A stretch of DNA of 64,000 bases, from contig CAVSHR010000004.1 of NCBI GenBank assembly GCA_963727625.1, forward strand, positions 128,001-192,000, in the 5' to 3' direction. This DNA is from an uncultured delta proteobacterium (GTDB taxonomy: Bacteria > Desulfobacterota > Binatia > UBA9968). The translations under genes were made by a program, and so were the position numbers. Positions 49,043-59,320 of the stretch are shown here, one piece after another. The notes beneath the pieces are model-generated. The model was not told the DNA's origin. It searched no databases and saw nothing but the letters and a program-made list of their open reading frames with translations. Each line of letters starts with the position of its first letter. Positions within the stretch are counted from its first letter, which is position 1.

Positions 49043-50008
49043 TCAACAACCGCCGACGCATTTCCCATTGCGGTTAAATCGCATCTCAACGCCGCTTAAG
49101 GGCACATGCACGTCGATCATTCGGTCGACAAGACCGATGAATCTTGCCGTCTTGGTTCCAGGCTGAACCACTCCGCCGGAGGTGGCCGCTTCGTTCGCGT
49201 GCGAAGGGATCACGGAGTTGGGCTTGACGAGTTTGTTTATTGCGAAGGCGGCTTCTTCAGGACCCGTGCTGAAAACATCGCCGATATTGATCACGGCCAG
49301 CTTAGCACCGTATTGCTGCCGAACGACCGTTTCCATATCGGATACTACGCCGGTGTCACCGGACAGATACACGACCAGGCCGTTAGAGAACTTAATGATA
49401 TAGCCCTCTTCGGGACCGACATAGGCTGTAAGGCCGTCAGCGGGAGGGTTTGTAAGAAACACGGCGGACACACCATTGCTGTGTAGGGCGCGCACCGTGG
49501 CAAACGTGACACCATTGATCGTTATCTTTCCGCCGGGACGCAGGGTTGTGGCTTGGTTGGCCGCTCCCCCCGCAGCCGAAATCTTGGCATTCAGGAAAGC
49601 AGGCATCTCCCCGCCTACGAGTACTGTGGAACCTTTTGCGGCCGCGATTTCGGCGAAGTTGGAATTGGGAGTCTTGTCGACCGTGGCGGTGTTGTCGCCG
49701 CAGGCCCCGGGATTAACCGTAGGAATCGCTTTATCGCCGATATGGTCGACGTGGACATGGGAAAGCAGCATGACGTCGATAACGTCCAGCCTTGTATCCG
49801 ACCCTCCCGTTACCGTGCGACCGGGATCGTAAAGGATCCTTAACCCGTTTGGATCCTCGAATATCAGTGCCCGATCGTTCCGGCAAAATTCTCCATCATT
49901 GCTACCGAGGGGTGTAATACGCACCTGATTCTGTGCCCACGCCGAAGACCATCCGAGAAACAGAAAGCTGGCAACAAGAACGGCATACATTGCACATCTT
50001 GGCTTCAT
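49043..50008 (-). CDS. Secreted metallo-beta-lactamase-fold hydrolase
   Basis: Signal peptide; HVHVDH, HSN, SGDTG and IPSH; GGAGG RBS. Confidence 0.88.
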   Translation of the reverse strand: MKPRCAMYAVLVASFLFLGWSSAWAQNQVRITPLGSNDGEFCRNDRALIFEDPNGLRILYDPGRTVTGGSDTRLDVIDVMLLSHVHVDHIGDKAIPTVNPGACGDNTATVDKTPNSNFAEIAAAKGSTVLVGGEMPAFLNAKISAAGGAANQATTLRPGGKITINGVTFATVRALHSNGVSAVFLTNPPADGLTAYVGPEEGYIIKFSNGLVVYLSGDTGVVSDMETVVRQQYGAKLAVINIGDVFSTGPEEAAFAINKLVKPNSVIPSHANEAATSGGVVQPGTKTARFIGLVDRMIDVHVPLSGVEMRFNRNGKCVGGC

Positions 50009-50390
50009 CGCTTATTCCTCCCTTTTCTAGCTTTTTGATTTGTGTCGATTTAACCGGAAAAGATCCGGTGCGGCGGGCTTCGAGCATGACCTGAAAATCG
50101 GAAAAGAAGAGCGGGTTTCACCTTTATCTCGCAAGCCAAATTTTGGAACGAAGGAAGAAAATACTAGAAACAGTTTAGAACATTTGTCGCATATCGAGAT
50201 ATTTTCGGACAGTCAAGTACGAAATATCGGTCGAATGGGACGATCGGCCGAGCTGCATCAGTGCGAAAATAAGTTCTTTGTCATTAAAAATCCGCGTATT
50301 TTGGGTAAAGTTCGCGTTAAAAAACGAAGTTCAACCAGCGGGGAGCTTCACAGCAACCTCGGGCCAGAGGTGATCAGGGGCGGGCCGGCG

Positions 50391-51071
50391 TCAACGCTTA
50401 ATCAGCCGGCCGAATGCACTCCGGGCTGTCGTTCGCGGCGAGTTGACCAGCGTCGAAACGTCGTGCGTTTCCATTAGCTCTGAGGGAAAGGGCTGTAAGT
50501 TCGCCGCAAGCATCATTGCAGAATTGACGGCGCATCTTGGATCGAGCCACTGTAATCCCATCTCCCTGTCATAGATCACCGGCATTCGGTTGTGGATCGG
50601 ACGTAGCAACGCGTTGGGCTCGCACGTGATGATTGTGAACGTGTAAAGCTCTTTGCCGCTCTCTCGGTCGCGCCAGAAATCCCACAGCCCCGCAAAGACA
50701 AAAGGCTCGCGCTTCTTGAGATGCACCCATACCGGCACCTTACGCTTGCCCTCCCTGCGCCATTCGTAAAATCCATCCGCTGGAATGACGCAACGCTTTG
50801 TGCCCACCAAACGCTTGAACGACGGCTTTTCAAGCAGGGTTTCGGCGCGGGCGTTAATCATGCGTTGACCGATTGACGGGTCTTGCGACCAAGACGGCAC
50901 GAGGCCCCATTTCATCAATTTGGCCTCGTTGCGGTCTTCATTGCGCAGGATCACCGGCACGTCCTGCGACGGCGCGATGTTGTAACGAGGTCGGAAGGAA
51001 AGATCACCTTGGAGGTTCCAGCGAACCTTTAGATCGCGAAAGCTGAATGTTGCGGTGAAGCGACCACACAT
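50391..51071 (-). CDS. SOS response-associated peptidase (SRAP, YedK/HMCES), with apparent frameshift in the last codons
   Basis: MCGRF, RYNIAPSQ, WGLVP, INARAET, DGFYEW and IHNRMP. Confidence 0.92.
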   Translation of the reverse strand: MCGRFTATFSFRDLKVRWNLQGDLSFRPRYNIAPSQDVPVILRNEDRNEAKLMKWGLVPSWSQDPSIGQRMINARAETLLEKPSFKRLVGTKRCVIPADGFYEWRREGKRKVPVWVHLKKREPFVFAGLWDFWRDRESGKELYTFTIITCEPNALLRPIHNRMPVIYDREMGLQWLDPRCAVNSAMMLAANLQPFPSELMETHDVSTLVNSPRTTARSAFGRLIKR

Positions 51072-51126
51072 ACGATTGGACTACTCCCGATCCATACGCG
51101 TAGCTGAACTGTCGAGATCGTTCATT

Positions 51127-51903
51127 TTATTCTGGATCGTTATCCATTTGTTCCCCTTCTACATCACACGTCACAAAGCCCTTGGAGAAAGCTTCATATT
51201 CCCGACAAAAGGTAATCCAATGCGAGTGACCAAAAACATCGTCGTACCAAGATTTTCCATGAACGCGAATAATCCGTTTTCCGGAGAGAATCTCATTTAA
51301 GATCGACTCCGTCAGAGTAATCGAATCTACAGTAAGACGTGGGTGTCCTTCAGTTCGAATCATGGTTTTGCCAAGAGGTTCTCGCTTGTCGAAAGAATGA
51401 CTAGGAGGGCGCGCCTGGTTTGTGAGGAAGGTTTCAGCACCGCCGTTAATGGTAGAGTTAACGGCAGGAGTTCGACCAGTGTTCACAGATTCTACTTGAA
51501 TTTTAATTATCTTTCCTACCTCAAACTGCTCGAAGTCGGTCTTCCCTGGCAGTACCCACGCACGCTGGGAAATTCTAGCCTGTCGCTCGGACACAGCGTT
51601 GGCTTCCTGTGCCGTGCGTACAACATCCCTCGTAGCACACCATTGAAACAAAGTTATTGTGGCATAAGCGATGACGGCCAATAACGTGAAACTCTCAACG
51701 CGGAATCTCCGAAATTCAAGCTTCTGTGTTTCTGCTTGATTAGCGATGTAGGTACTTATAGCGGTTTGTAAAACTTGCGTTTCACCGTGCAATGCTTCAA
51801 TAATCTGATTGTAGCTCTCATCGCGGGTGTCAGTGTTGCGCGTGATCTCCGCAGGTATTCGTTTAAAGCAAGCGATGAGTTGTTTGATAAGTTTTTGTAT
51901 CAT
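51127..51903 (-). CDS. Hypothetical single-TM protein
   Basis: 258-aa low-GC ORF with one TM, QRAWV, N.G.TPA and Y.DVFG motifs. Confidence 0.65.
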   Translation of the reverse strand: MIQKLIKQLIACFKRIPAEITRNTDTRDESYNQIIEALHGETQVLQTAISTYIANQAETQKLEFRRFRVESFTLLAVIAYATITLFQWCATRDVVRTAQEANAVSERQARISQRAWVLPGKTDFEQFEVGKIIKIQVESVNTGRTPAVNSTINGGAETFLTNQARPPSHSFDKREPLGKTMIRTEGHPRLTVDSITLTESILNEILSGKRIIRVHGKSWYDDVFGHSHWITFCREYEAFSKGFVTCDVEGEQMDNDPE

Positions 51904-52499
51904 ACAAAAATCATCATATTACACACAAAGCGTTTTGTCATAGGACCGAGTTTCTCGCCATAGATTCTTATCGACGATTAGCAGTGGAAATTTCTGAGGC
52001 GAAATATACGGTACTAAGCGTGGACTCCGTCCCCCGCGCTCTATGAGTTCCTGAAAGCATCAATCCGATCAGGGCAACGAAAAATTGCGAGGCTACAGTC
52101 GCCGTTTACTTGGACCAAGTCCGGGAAGGCACGCGGGCTCCTTTGCTGGCACTGAACACTGCTTTGAGGAAGATTGGAGACAATCCAGAATTTGTGAGGA
52201 AGATGGCAGAGTATTTGGAGCGACAGCCCCTGGACCGGCTGCGGGAGAGTTTGGGCAATGCTGACAAGGCCATTTTACCCACGACGGAAGAAATGAATGA
52301 ATTCAATGAGTTGCATGGGCAATTCGCTTTCTTCTCTGGGAGTGAAAAACACGAAATTCCTCAATGAAATCAAACGTGGGCAAGTGGGTAATATGCCTAT
52401 ATAAGAAAAAGAGACCGCCCAACCCAAGTTCGGTGGTCAGTCGGGCTAGGGGCTCACGGCCCCTGCGCCCGTAGGGCCTAGCGATTCGACCAAAGCCGT

Positions 52500-52971
52500 G
52501 GGAAGGCGAAAAAGGAGTTCGCTGAGCGGTACGAGATACGGTGAGATTTTTGGGCGAAGCTACTTGAATATGCGAAGACTAAAACGAGACTTCATGGTGG
52601 AATTTCACCGAGGGGTTATCACTGGCTCGGAACAGCTGCAGGCAAACGAGCCCTTAGTTATAATTATGTAGTTATGGGAACACGAATCGAGCGTCAAACT
52701 CTATATCGATCGCGGAAAGGACCGCGACTCGGAAAATAAAGCAATATTCGATTCGTTGCACGCGAAGAAAAACGAGATCGAGAAATCTTTTCGAGACACT
52801 TCAGAGTCGGAGCGTCTCGACAGTAAAAGAGCCTCGCGCATCAGGAAAACTGTCAATCGTGGTGGCTGGAAAGATCCCGAAAAATGGTCGGATGTTTAGT
52901 CCGCGACGGTTGACGCGATGATACGGTTAGAAAAGGCCCTGAAGCCGTACATTCAAATGCTTGACGCTTGA
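52500..52971 (+). pseudogene. DUF4268-domain gene remnant
   Basis: FWAKLL...SYNYVV / VKLYIDRG...NKAIFDSL...ERLDSKRASRI...VDAMIRLEKAL with internal stops and a frameshift. Confidence 0.7.
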
Positions 52972-53058
52972 CCTTAACAATAGCAAAAGCGAGCCCCATT
53001 AGCCGTAAAAGGCGAAGACAGGCGAAAAAGCGGGTCTAAACTGAGCCGGAAATGTAGA
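52972..53058 (+). other. Degenerate attC-like site
   Basis: CCTTAAC directly after the DUF4268 stop, ending CTGAGCCGGAAATGTAGA (degenerate GTTAGR). Confidence 0.35.
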
Positions 53059-53093
53059 AATCGTAAATCATCGTGCTCACCTCCCCGACTTTG

Positions 53094-53591
53094 CTAGAGG
53101 TGGCCCCATTCGGAGCCATTCCGCGCCAGCGGCCTGATGCTGCGCTCGTACGCCCATTCGATCATAGCCGGATCACGAGCAGAATCGGTACACAAAACAC
53201 GTGGGTTTGGCTTGATACCGACCCGACCGAGATCTAGGGGATCCGCATCCCAGCACGTCTGCACAGTCACGTTGCCGGTTCGCAACCCGTCACTATGTCC
53301 TCGGCACGCGGTCAATAGATCTTCCAGGTCAGCGGGTGGCAGCTCGAAGACCAACCCAGCTAAAGCCTGCGCAAATTTGGCTGCTCGATTGCCGTGTTCG
53401 TAGTCAGATTCGTTGTTTAGCCTCCTGGAGTCATGCAAGAAGGCGAATAGCTCAACGACCTGAGTGTTGGCCCCGGTCGTTTCCGCGAGGCGCAGACCAT
53501 TCACACGCACCCGCGCCCAATGTGGCGCACCATGTAGCCCTTTCCAACTCAAGGCAAATTGCTTGCGGATAATTTGGATTAGTTCATTCAT
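53094..53591 (-). CDS. HD-domain phosphohydrolase-like protein
   Basis: HGAPHWARV, FLHDSRR, HG and CWDAD.LDLGRVG. Confidence 0.85.
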   Translation of the reverse strand: MNELIQIIRKQFALSWKGLHGAPHWARVRVNGLRLAETTGANTQVVELFAFLHDSRRLNNESDYEHGNRAAKFAQALAGLVFELPPADLEDLLTACRGHSDGLRTGNVTVQTCWDADPLDLGRVGIKPNPRVLCTDSARDPAMIEWAYERSIRPLARNGSEWGHL

Positions 53592-53610
53592 GCTTCCTCT
53601 AACGTTTTCG

Positions 53611-53943
53611 CTATCTCCGCCAGTCACACAGCAAACAAACATCCGGTTTTCGCTCTTTTGCTGCTTCCGCCTCGCCTCGTGCTCGTATCCGTGCCGCCTC
53701 TAGGTCTGTCTGTGCGCGTTCTCTTGCTTGTCGCAACTTGGCTTCATTCTGCCGCCATTGCTCGTCCGCAATCTCAGCTCTTCGTATCCTTTCAGCTTCT
53801 CGTTTGTCATTCTCTTTATTTTCCTCTACCTGGGCTTTTGGCGTCACATCCACCCCAATGCGAGTGTCTTGCCCATAAGCTGAAACCGTTACAACCACTA
53901 CTGCTGCCAACGCTAATCCAATGAGTTTAGCTAACTGATTCAT
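53611..53943 (-). CDS. Secreted coiled-coil hypothetical protein
   Basis: Signal peptide and charged helix; GGAGG RBS; overlaps the upstream stop. Confidence 0.55.
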   Translation of the reverse strand: MNQLAKLIGLALAAVVVVTVSAYGQDTRIGVDVTPKAQVEENKENDKREAERIRRAEIADEQWRQNEAKLRQARERAQTDLEAARIRARGEAEAAKERKPDVCLLCDWRR

Positions 53944-54101
53944 TCGCCTTCCTCCTGCGCCTTGTGCTCCAGCATTCGTTGGACCCTGGCCCGGCTTTGC
54001 TCCAGCTCAACGTCTGCTAATTCTGCTGCCTCCTCTGTGCTGTGCAAGGTGGCGGTATCGCAACGTACAATCACCGAAATTGCCTTAGCAAGAACTGCCA
54101 T
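53940..54101 (-). CDS. Short hypothetical, possibly a chimeric fragment
   Basis: 53-aa ORF starting just after an attC-like ATTAGGG. Confidence 0.35.
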   Translation of the reverse strand: MAVLAKAISVIVRCDTATLHSTEEAAELADVELEQSRARVQRMLEHKAQEEGE

Positions 54102-54275
54102 GTTACCCCCTAATCTCCCTGTCGGTACTGGTAAGGACCGCAAAAGGCGTGCCGCAGATAGAGCCCCTCCGTGGGCTTAGAAGTGCCGACGATTCTCATT
54201 CGGGCAGGGTCGATCTGTCAAAATCTGGTAATTTGGCACGTCATGGCATTGTCCTTTCGCGAGCTTTCGTCAGCA

Positions 54276-54420
54276 CTAAATTATCCTTGCTCGCTTCAAG
54301 ACTCGTTCAGATAAACCCGTTTTTTCAACCACTTGTTTTAACATTTTGCCCTCTTCTAATAATTTTTTGGCCGTTCTCAATGCTTCCTTCCGTTTGCCAG
54401 TGCGCAGTTTTTTAAAATAA
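54276..54420 (-). pseudogene. C-terminal remnant of an Rpn/PD-(D/E)xK-type gene
   Basis: GKRKEALRTAKKLLEEG...VVEKTGLSE resembles the HTH-like tail of Rpn-family proteins. Confidence 0.45.
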
Positions 54421-54752
54421 CCAGTTTCGAGTCTCCGCGTGTTATTGAAAGTATTCCTGCATTTCGCTCGCAGCCCCCTGTGCACCGCTGGCGAGACCGA
54501 AGGTCAAGTCATCGCCGGTGACGGTGGAAGTTATCCAATTTCCCTTTCTCCTCGACACCGCTCCAACTCATGAATCCTAGTTTCGGCCATTGCCCTTGAT
54601 CAGGATCTCCGAACTAGTTTAGACTGCGCGAAGTTTTTAAAAAGTACAATCAGACCGGCTAATAACAATCCCGTTTGCGTGTAGGTAGCATTTTTGATCT
54701 GGGTCATACGGGTATTTGATCGGCGGTCGCGTAAAAACCTCAATTAACCTTT

Positions 54753-55319
54753 ATGCTTTCCCAGATTCCCGAACCTGGACAAATCGTAATAGTTAGACAC
54801 CGTCCATTCACGGTGGTTGACGTTCAGGCATCACAGCTGCCAGCACCTTCTCATCTAAACGACAAGCAAAACAAACAGCATTTGGTGCGTTTGTCTTCTG
54901 TCGAGGACGAGGGTCTCGGCGAAGAGCTCGATGTCGTTTGGGAGTTAGAGCTGGGCGCCACGTGTTTAGAAAAAGCCAAGCTTCCGAAATTGGAAGGTTT
55001 TGATCCACCTAAATATTTCGATGCGTTCCTGGACGCGGTGAGATGGGGGTCGGTTTCTTCTGCCGATGATAAGGCACTTCAGGCGCCGTTTCGAAGCGGC
55101 ATTGATGTGGATGATTACCAACTCGATCCTGTGGTGCGTGCTCTTTCCATGCCGCGGGTTAACTTGCTCGTGGCCGATGACGTTGGTCTCGGCAAAACTA
55201 TCGAAGCTGGGTTGGTCGCCCAAGAGCTTATCCTCCGCCATCGAGCACGGACCATATTGATTGTTTGCCCGGCATCGATTCAGGTGCAGAGAATTGACTC
55301 AGGGGTCAGACTTTTATAA
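54753..55319 (+). pseudogene. drmD: DISARM SNF2 helicase DrmD, N-terminal fragment
   Basis: PEPGQIV.VR, LSSVEDEGLGEEL.VVWELE, AFLDAVRWG, QAPFRSGI..DDYQLDP and PRVNLLVADDVGLGKTIEAG; cut after IVCPAS. Confidence 0.85.
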
Positions 55320-55357
55320 ATTGACTATCTCGATCCACCTTGATATGGGAATGCATC

Positions 55358-55790
55358 ATGGCGCGCCGGCCGAGAGTATTTGCCGCAGGGATTCTGTATC
55401 ATGTGATTGTGCGCGGCAACCAGCGGCAGAAGATTTTCACCTCCGACGGCGATTATCAGGCCTATACCGAACGACTGGCGCGGTATCGCAAGAAATACGA
55501 CTACAAGTTGCACGCCTACTGTTTGATGCCCAATCACGTTCATTTGCTGGTTGAGAGTTCCCATCACCCTCTAGCGAAACTCATGCAAGGGCTGCAACAA
55601 TCCTACAGCCAATATTTCAATCTTAAACACCGCAAGACCGGACACGTATTTGAAGGGCGCTACAAGGCGATCCTCTGCCAGAAAGACCAGTATCTGCTTC
55701 AGCTGATCCGTTATATACATCTCAATCCGGTGCGCGCCGGCATGGTCAGGAGTCCGGAGCGCTATCGTTACTCAGGGGATCACGCGTATC
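55358..55790 (+). mobile_element. REP-associated/IS200-like tyrosine (HUH) transposase, truncated
   Basis: YHVIVRGN, AYCLMPNHVHLL, GHVFEGRY and RYIHLNPVRAG; upstream REP-like TGACTCAGGGGTCAGAC at about 55295. Confidence 0.85.
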
Positions 55791-56611
55791 TACTGACCGA
55801 TTTCACGGAACGTACCCACCCAATATCAACGAAGGGACCCACCCAATTTCAGTGAAGGGACCCACCCAATATCAGGTGGTCCCCATGGATTTCTGAGCGA
55901 AGCGGCGAGCGGTGGTAAGTTGGCCGGCTGGAGGAGGATCCAGTTGATGGCCAAAGAAAGGACCAGCGTTCGTATGCAAACTCAAATCAAGATCATGTCG
56001 GCACAGGGGCACTCGATTCGCAGTATCGCCCGTGTGCTGAGGCTTTCACGCCGAACCGTACGGAAGTATTTGGAGCTGGCAGCAGAGCCGCCCAGTGAGA
56101 ACAGCGGTTGGGAGGAGAAGATAGACTGGGACTCTGTGCGCCAGGAAGTCTACGGCAAAGGGACCACGGTCAAACAGATCGGGCAGGAGGTGGCCCCCGA
56201 AATCGCCTATGTAAAGTTCTGGCGGGCGTTTCGGGAACAGGCCGGCCGCCAGGCCTCCCCGCAACAAGTTACTATTAGGCTTAATCACAAGCCGGCGGAA
56301 AAAACCCAGGTCGATTTCTGCGACGGTGTTTTCATCACTGAGCGAGAAAGCGGCAAGAAAACCCTCACACAGTTTTTCTTGGGCGTGTTGCCGTTCAGTT
56401 CGTACACCTTCGGGGAGTTTGTTCTCGATCAGAAGCTTGGCACTTTCATCGGGGTCCAGAGCCGCATGTTCGCTTACTTTGGCGGGGTCACCCCCTATCT
56501 GGTGGTGGACAATCTCAAGAGCGGTGTCCACAAGGCCGATCTGTATGATCCCGACGTTAATCCGACCTACTGTGATTTTGCCAATCACATGGGCTTTGCG
56601 GTCTTGCCGGC
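55791..56611 (+). mobile_element. istA: IS21-family left end with truncated istA (ATG 55947)
   Basis: Three tandem 23-bp repeats at 55808-55876; HTH SIRSIARVLRLSRRTVRKY, QVDF, VVDNLKSGV and FANH.G; interrupted at 56612. Confidence 0.85.
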
Positions 56612-58102
56612 TAGCAGCCCGTGGTGAAAGTCGAGAATGAAGTGGGAGAGTGATGGAGAGTAGTCGACAGGAACGATAGATCGTGTAGAATTTTTTGCAT
56701 GGCGATGGGACAACGAAAACACGAAGAGCAGAGAGCGATGTGGGTGGGAGTGAGCGAGCTACCGAAGTCTGTGAGCCACCCGTTCTACGAGAAGCTCAAC
56801 GGGTTATTGGCCAAGCATGGGTTCGACGAGTTTGTCGAAGCGCAGTGCCGGGCGTTCTATGCCGAGAAGATGGGGCGGCCCAGTCTGGCGCCTGGACGAT
56901 ATTTCCGTTTTCTATTACTTGGCTACTTCGAATGCCTGGACTCTGAACGCGCCATGGCGTGGCGCGCGGCGGACTCCTCGGGAGTGCGATCGTTCCTTGA
57001 GCTGGGGCTGACCGAGTGTGCACCGGATCATTCGACGATATCGCGGACTCGGCGATTGATCGATTTGGAAACCCATCGGACGGTGTTCACATGGGTACTT
57101 CAGTGTCTGGGCATCGCCGGACTCATCAAAGGGAAAACGCTGGCGATCGATGCTACCACGCTCGAAGCGAACGCGGCCTTGCGCAGCATCGTGCGCCGCG
57201 ACACCGGGGAGAGCTATAACGAGTTTTTGACCAAGCTGGCTGAGGAATCCGGCATTGAGACCCCAACGCGAGCCGATCTGGCGAAGTTGGATCGCAAACG
57301 TAAGAAGAAAGGATCTAACCAGGACTGGGAACATCCGCATGACCCCGACGCACGGATCGCCAAGATGAAGGACGGACGGACCCATTTAGCGCACAAAGCC
57401 GAGCATGCCGTGGACCTGGAGACCGGTGCCATCGTGGCGGTCACGCTGCAGGAAGCCGATCAAGGCGACACGACCACGATCCAGACGACGCTGCCTGAGG
57501 CAATCGAGCAATTAGAAGCGGTGGCTGCGATCATCGACGACAAGGTGAAGATAGGCAAGGAAGTGGTCACCGACAAGGGCTATCACAGTAAGCAAACCGT
57601 GCTCGATATGCAGAACCTAGGACTGCGCACCTACATCAGTGAACCGGATCGCGGCCGGCAGCACTGGAAGGGTCAGCAGGCTGAGCGTGACGCGGTGTAT
57701 GCCAATCGGCGGCGCATTCGAGGCGAGCGTGGGCAGCTATTGATGCGGCAACGAGGTGAGTTGTTAGAGCGACCCAATGCGCATCTCTACGAGACCGGCG
57801 GCATGCGCCGGACTCATCTGCGCGGGCACGGCAATATTCTCAAACGGCTACTCGTGCACGTAGCGGCCTGCAATCTGGGCCTGTGGATGCGCACGTTGAC
57901 GGGAATTGGAACGCCACGCGGCCTACAGGGCCGTTTTGCCGCCGTACTGGCTATCTGTTTTACTCTGTGGGTGCTACTGCGCGACCAACTAACCGCTCAT
58001 CGGCGCCGAGGACTCGACCTGAGACTATTTGCGCTCCCAAGTCACCGCTTCGCCGCGATCCCATGCGTTTTGTAAAAATCGGACTTCTACCACGGGCTGC
58101 TA
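56612..58102 (+). mobile_element. Complete IS1182/IS5-like insertion sequence
   Basis: 21-bp terminal inverted repeats TAGCAGCCCGTGGTGAAAGTC / GACTTCTACCACGGGCTGCTA (2 mismatches) enclose one transposase gene. Confidence 0.88.
56699..58075 (+). CDS. DDE transposase (DUF772 plus DDE_Tnp_1 type)
   Basis: GRPS, PDHSTISR, IDATTLEANA, DPDA, TDKGY and LERPNAH. Confidence 0.9.
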   Translation: MAMGQRKHEEQRAMWVGVSELPKSVSHPFYEKLNGLLAKHGFDEFVEAQCRAFYAEKMGRPSLAPGRYFRFLLLGYFECLDSERAMAWRAADSSGVRSFLELGLTECAPDHSTISRTRRLIDLETHRTVFTWVLQCLGIAGLIKGKTLAIDATTLEANAALRSIVRRDTGESYNEFLTKLAEESGIETPTRADLAKLDRKRKKKGSNQDWEHPHDPDARIAKMKDGRTHLAHKAEHAVDLETGAIVAVTLQEADQGDTTTIQTTLPEAIEQLEAVAAIIDDKVKIGKEVVTDKGYHSKQTVLDMQNLGLRTYISEPDRGRQHWKGQQAERDAVYANRRRIRGERGQLLMRQRGELLERPNAHLYETGGMRRTHLRGHGNILKRLLVHVAACNLGLWMRTLTGIGTPRGLQGRFAAVLAICFTLWVLLRDQLTAHRRRGLDLRLFALPSHRFAAIPCVL

Positions 58103-58758
58103 AGCGGGGAACCCCGCAGGGCGGAGTGATCTCACCGTTGCTGGCCAATGTCTATCTGAACTTATTTGACCGGATGTTCCGTTCATACTGTCAGTCCACG
58201 GGCTTGGCGGCCGAACTTGTCCGCTATGCCGATGATTTTGTCATCTTGATGCGTGGCAGAGTGGAGCGGACCGGGGAAAAGGTCAAGCAGATGTTGGAGG
58301 AACTGGCGCTCAAGTTAAACGAAGACAAGACGCAAGTCTTGGATGCGCGCCAGCAGAGCTTTGAATTTCTCGGGTTTAGTTTTCAACGCCCGAGAAGTTC
58401 AAAGAGCGGCAAGATGATCGTTGTGGTTGAGCCCTCGCGGAAAAGCGAACAACGCTTTCGCGATGAAGTGCGCAGCTTAACAGCACGATGGACCCACTGT
58501 TTACCCCAGCAGCAGGTGGTCGAGAGGGTGAATCGGTATGTGCAGGGATGGGTAAATTACTTTCACCTGCACAACAGCACGCGAGTGTTTGCCCGCCAGC
58601 AGTTCTTCCTAGAGCAGCGTATGCGCAAGTACCTGCAAACGCGGCGGCAGCGTAAGGGCAATGGCATGATGCAATGGCCGGCATCCCGGCTCTATAAGGA
58701 GTTGGGACTATGTGCCATACCAGGCTATGCTCGTTATCGGCGAGTTCGTATGCCTTGA
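58102..58758 (+). pseudogene. Group II intron reverse transcriptase/maturase, 5'-truncated
   Basis: GTPQGGVISPLLANVYL, VRYADDFVI, LNEDKT, FEFLGF and GWVNYF (RT4-7 plus X domain); no endonuclease domain. Confidence 0.9.
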
Positions 58759-58774
58759 GATGAAGATGATCGGA

Positions 58775-58924
58775 AAGCCGTATGCGGAAGACCTGCAAGT
58801 ACGGTTTGATGAGGGGGAACAGGACTGCGTTCCAGGGACGATCCTAAACGGGCACGAAGTTGGAAACGACGGCTACAGCCAAGGATCCGCCTACGGAAGG
58901 TCGCGCCTGTTCTCTACACTCTAC
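58775..58924 (+). ncRNA. Group II intron domains V and VI (3' end)
   Basis: DV AAGCCGTATGCGGAAGACCTGCAAGTACGGTTT with AGC triad, then GATGAGGGG, a long DVI and the terminal ACTCTAC. Confidence 0.85.
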
Positions 58925-59320
58925 CCATCGGTTTTTCACAGGATTTCCCTAGCTCGCATCGCATCTTCTCCTCCATCGTATTTATCCGATGGCTGTAGTC
59001 TGTCAAATTCTGGCATCCTCTTTGGCAATGAAACCCGCAAGAAACGGTAGTGTCTGGCACAGATTTATCGGGCGCGGCCATTCGCCTGCCCAATGTGGCG
59101 TTTGATCATGCCTGCATCAAAGGCGTGATCGAGGCGGTGAACAACCTGTTCACCGGTGCGGCCACGGCCGAGTGCTCGCAGTCCTCGGCCGCTATGATCA
59201 CACAGACGTCCTGCCCCATGGACGCTGAATCGCATGGCTCGCCGCCTCTGTGAATCCTGTGTCTGCGTCAGTGCACAAGCACACCGCTTCTTTGCCCTCA
59301 CGCAGATTAGCCTGACAATG

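Noticed and set aside
52420-52495. GC-rich structured segment as a tRNA
   Set aside because: No cloverleaf, T-loop context or CCA end could be built; kept only as a possible attC/REP-like hairpin.
52540-52550. TGA in the DUF4268 remnant as Sec
   Set aside because: Not a Cys position, and the gene also has a frameshift and a TAG, so this is ordinary decay.
55808-55876. Three 23-bp direct repeats as a CRISPR array
   Set aside because: They are tandem with no spacers and lie directly upstream of istA; this fits IS21 terminal transposase-binding repeats.
57883-58101. N-terminal part of the 291-aa RT ORF
   Set aside because: It is an alternative frame of the IS end; RT similarity starts only at about 58102.
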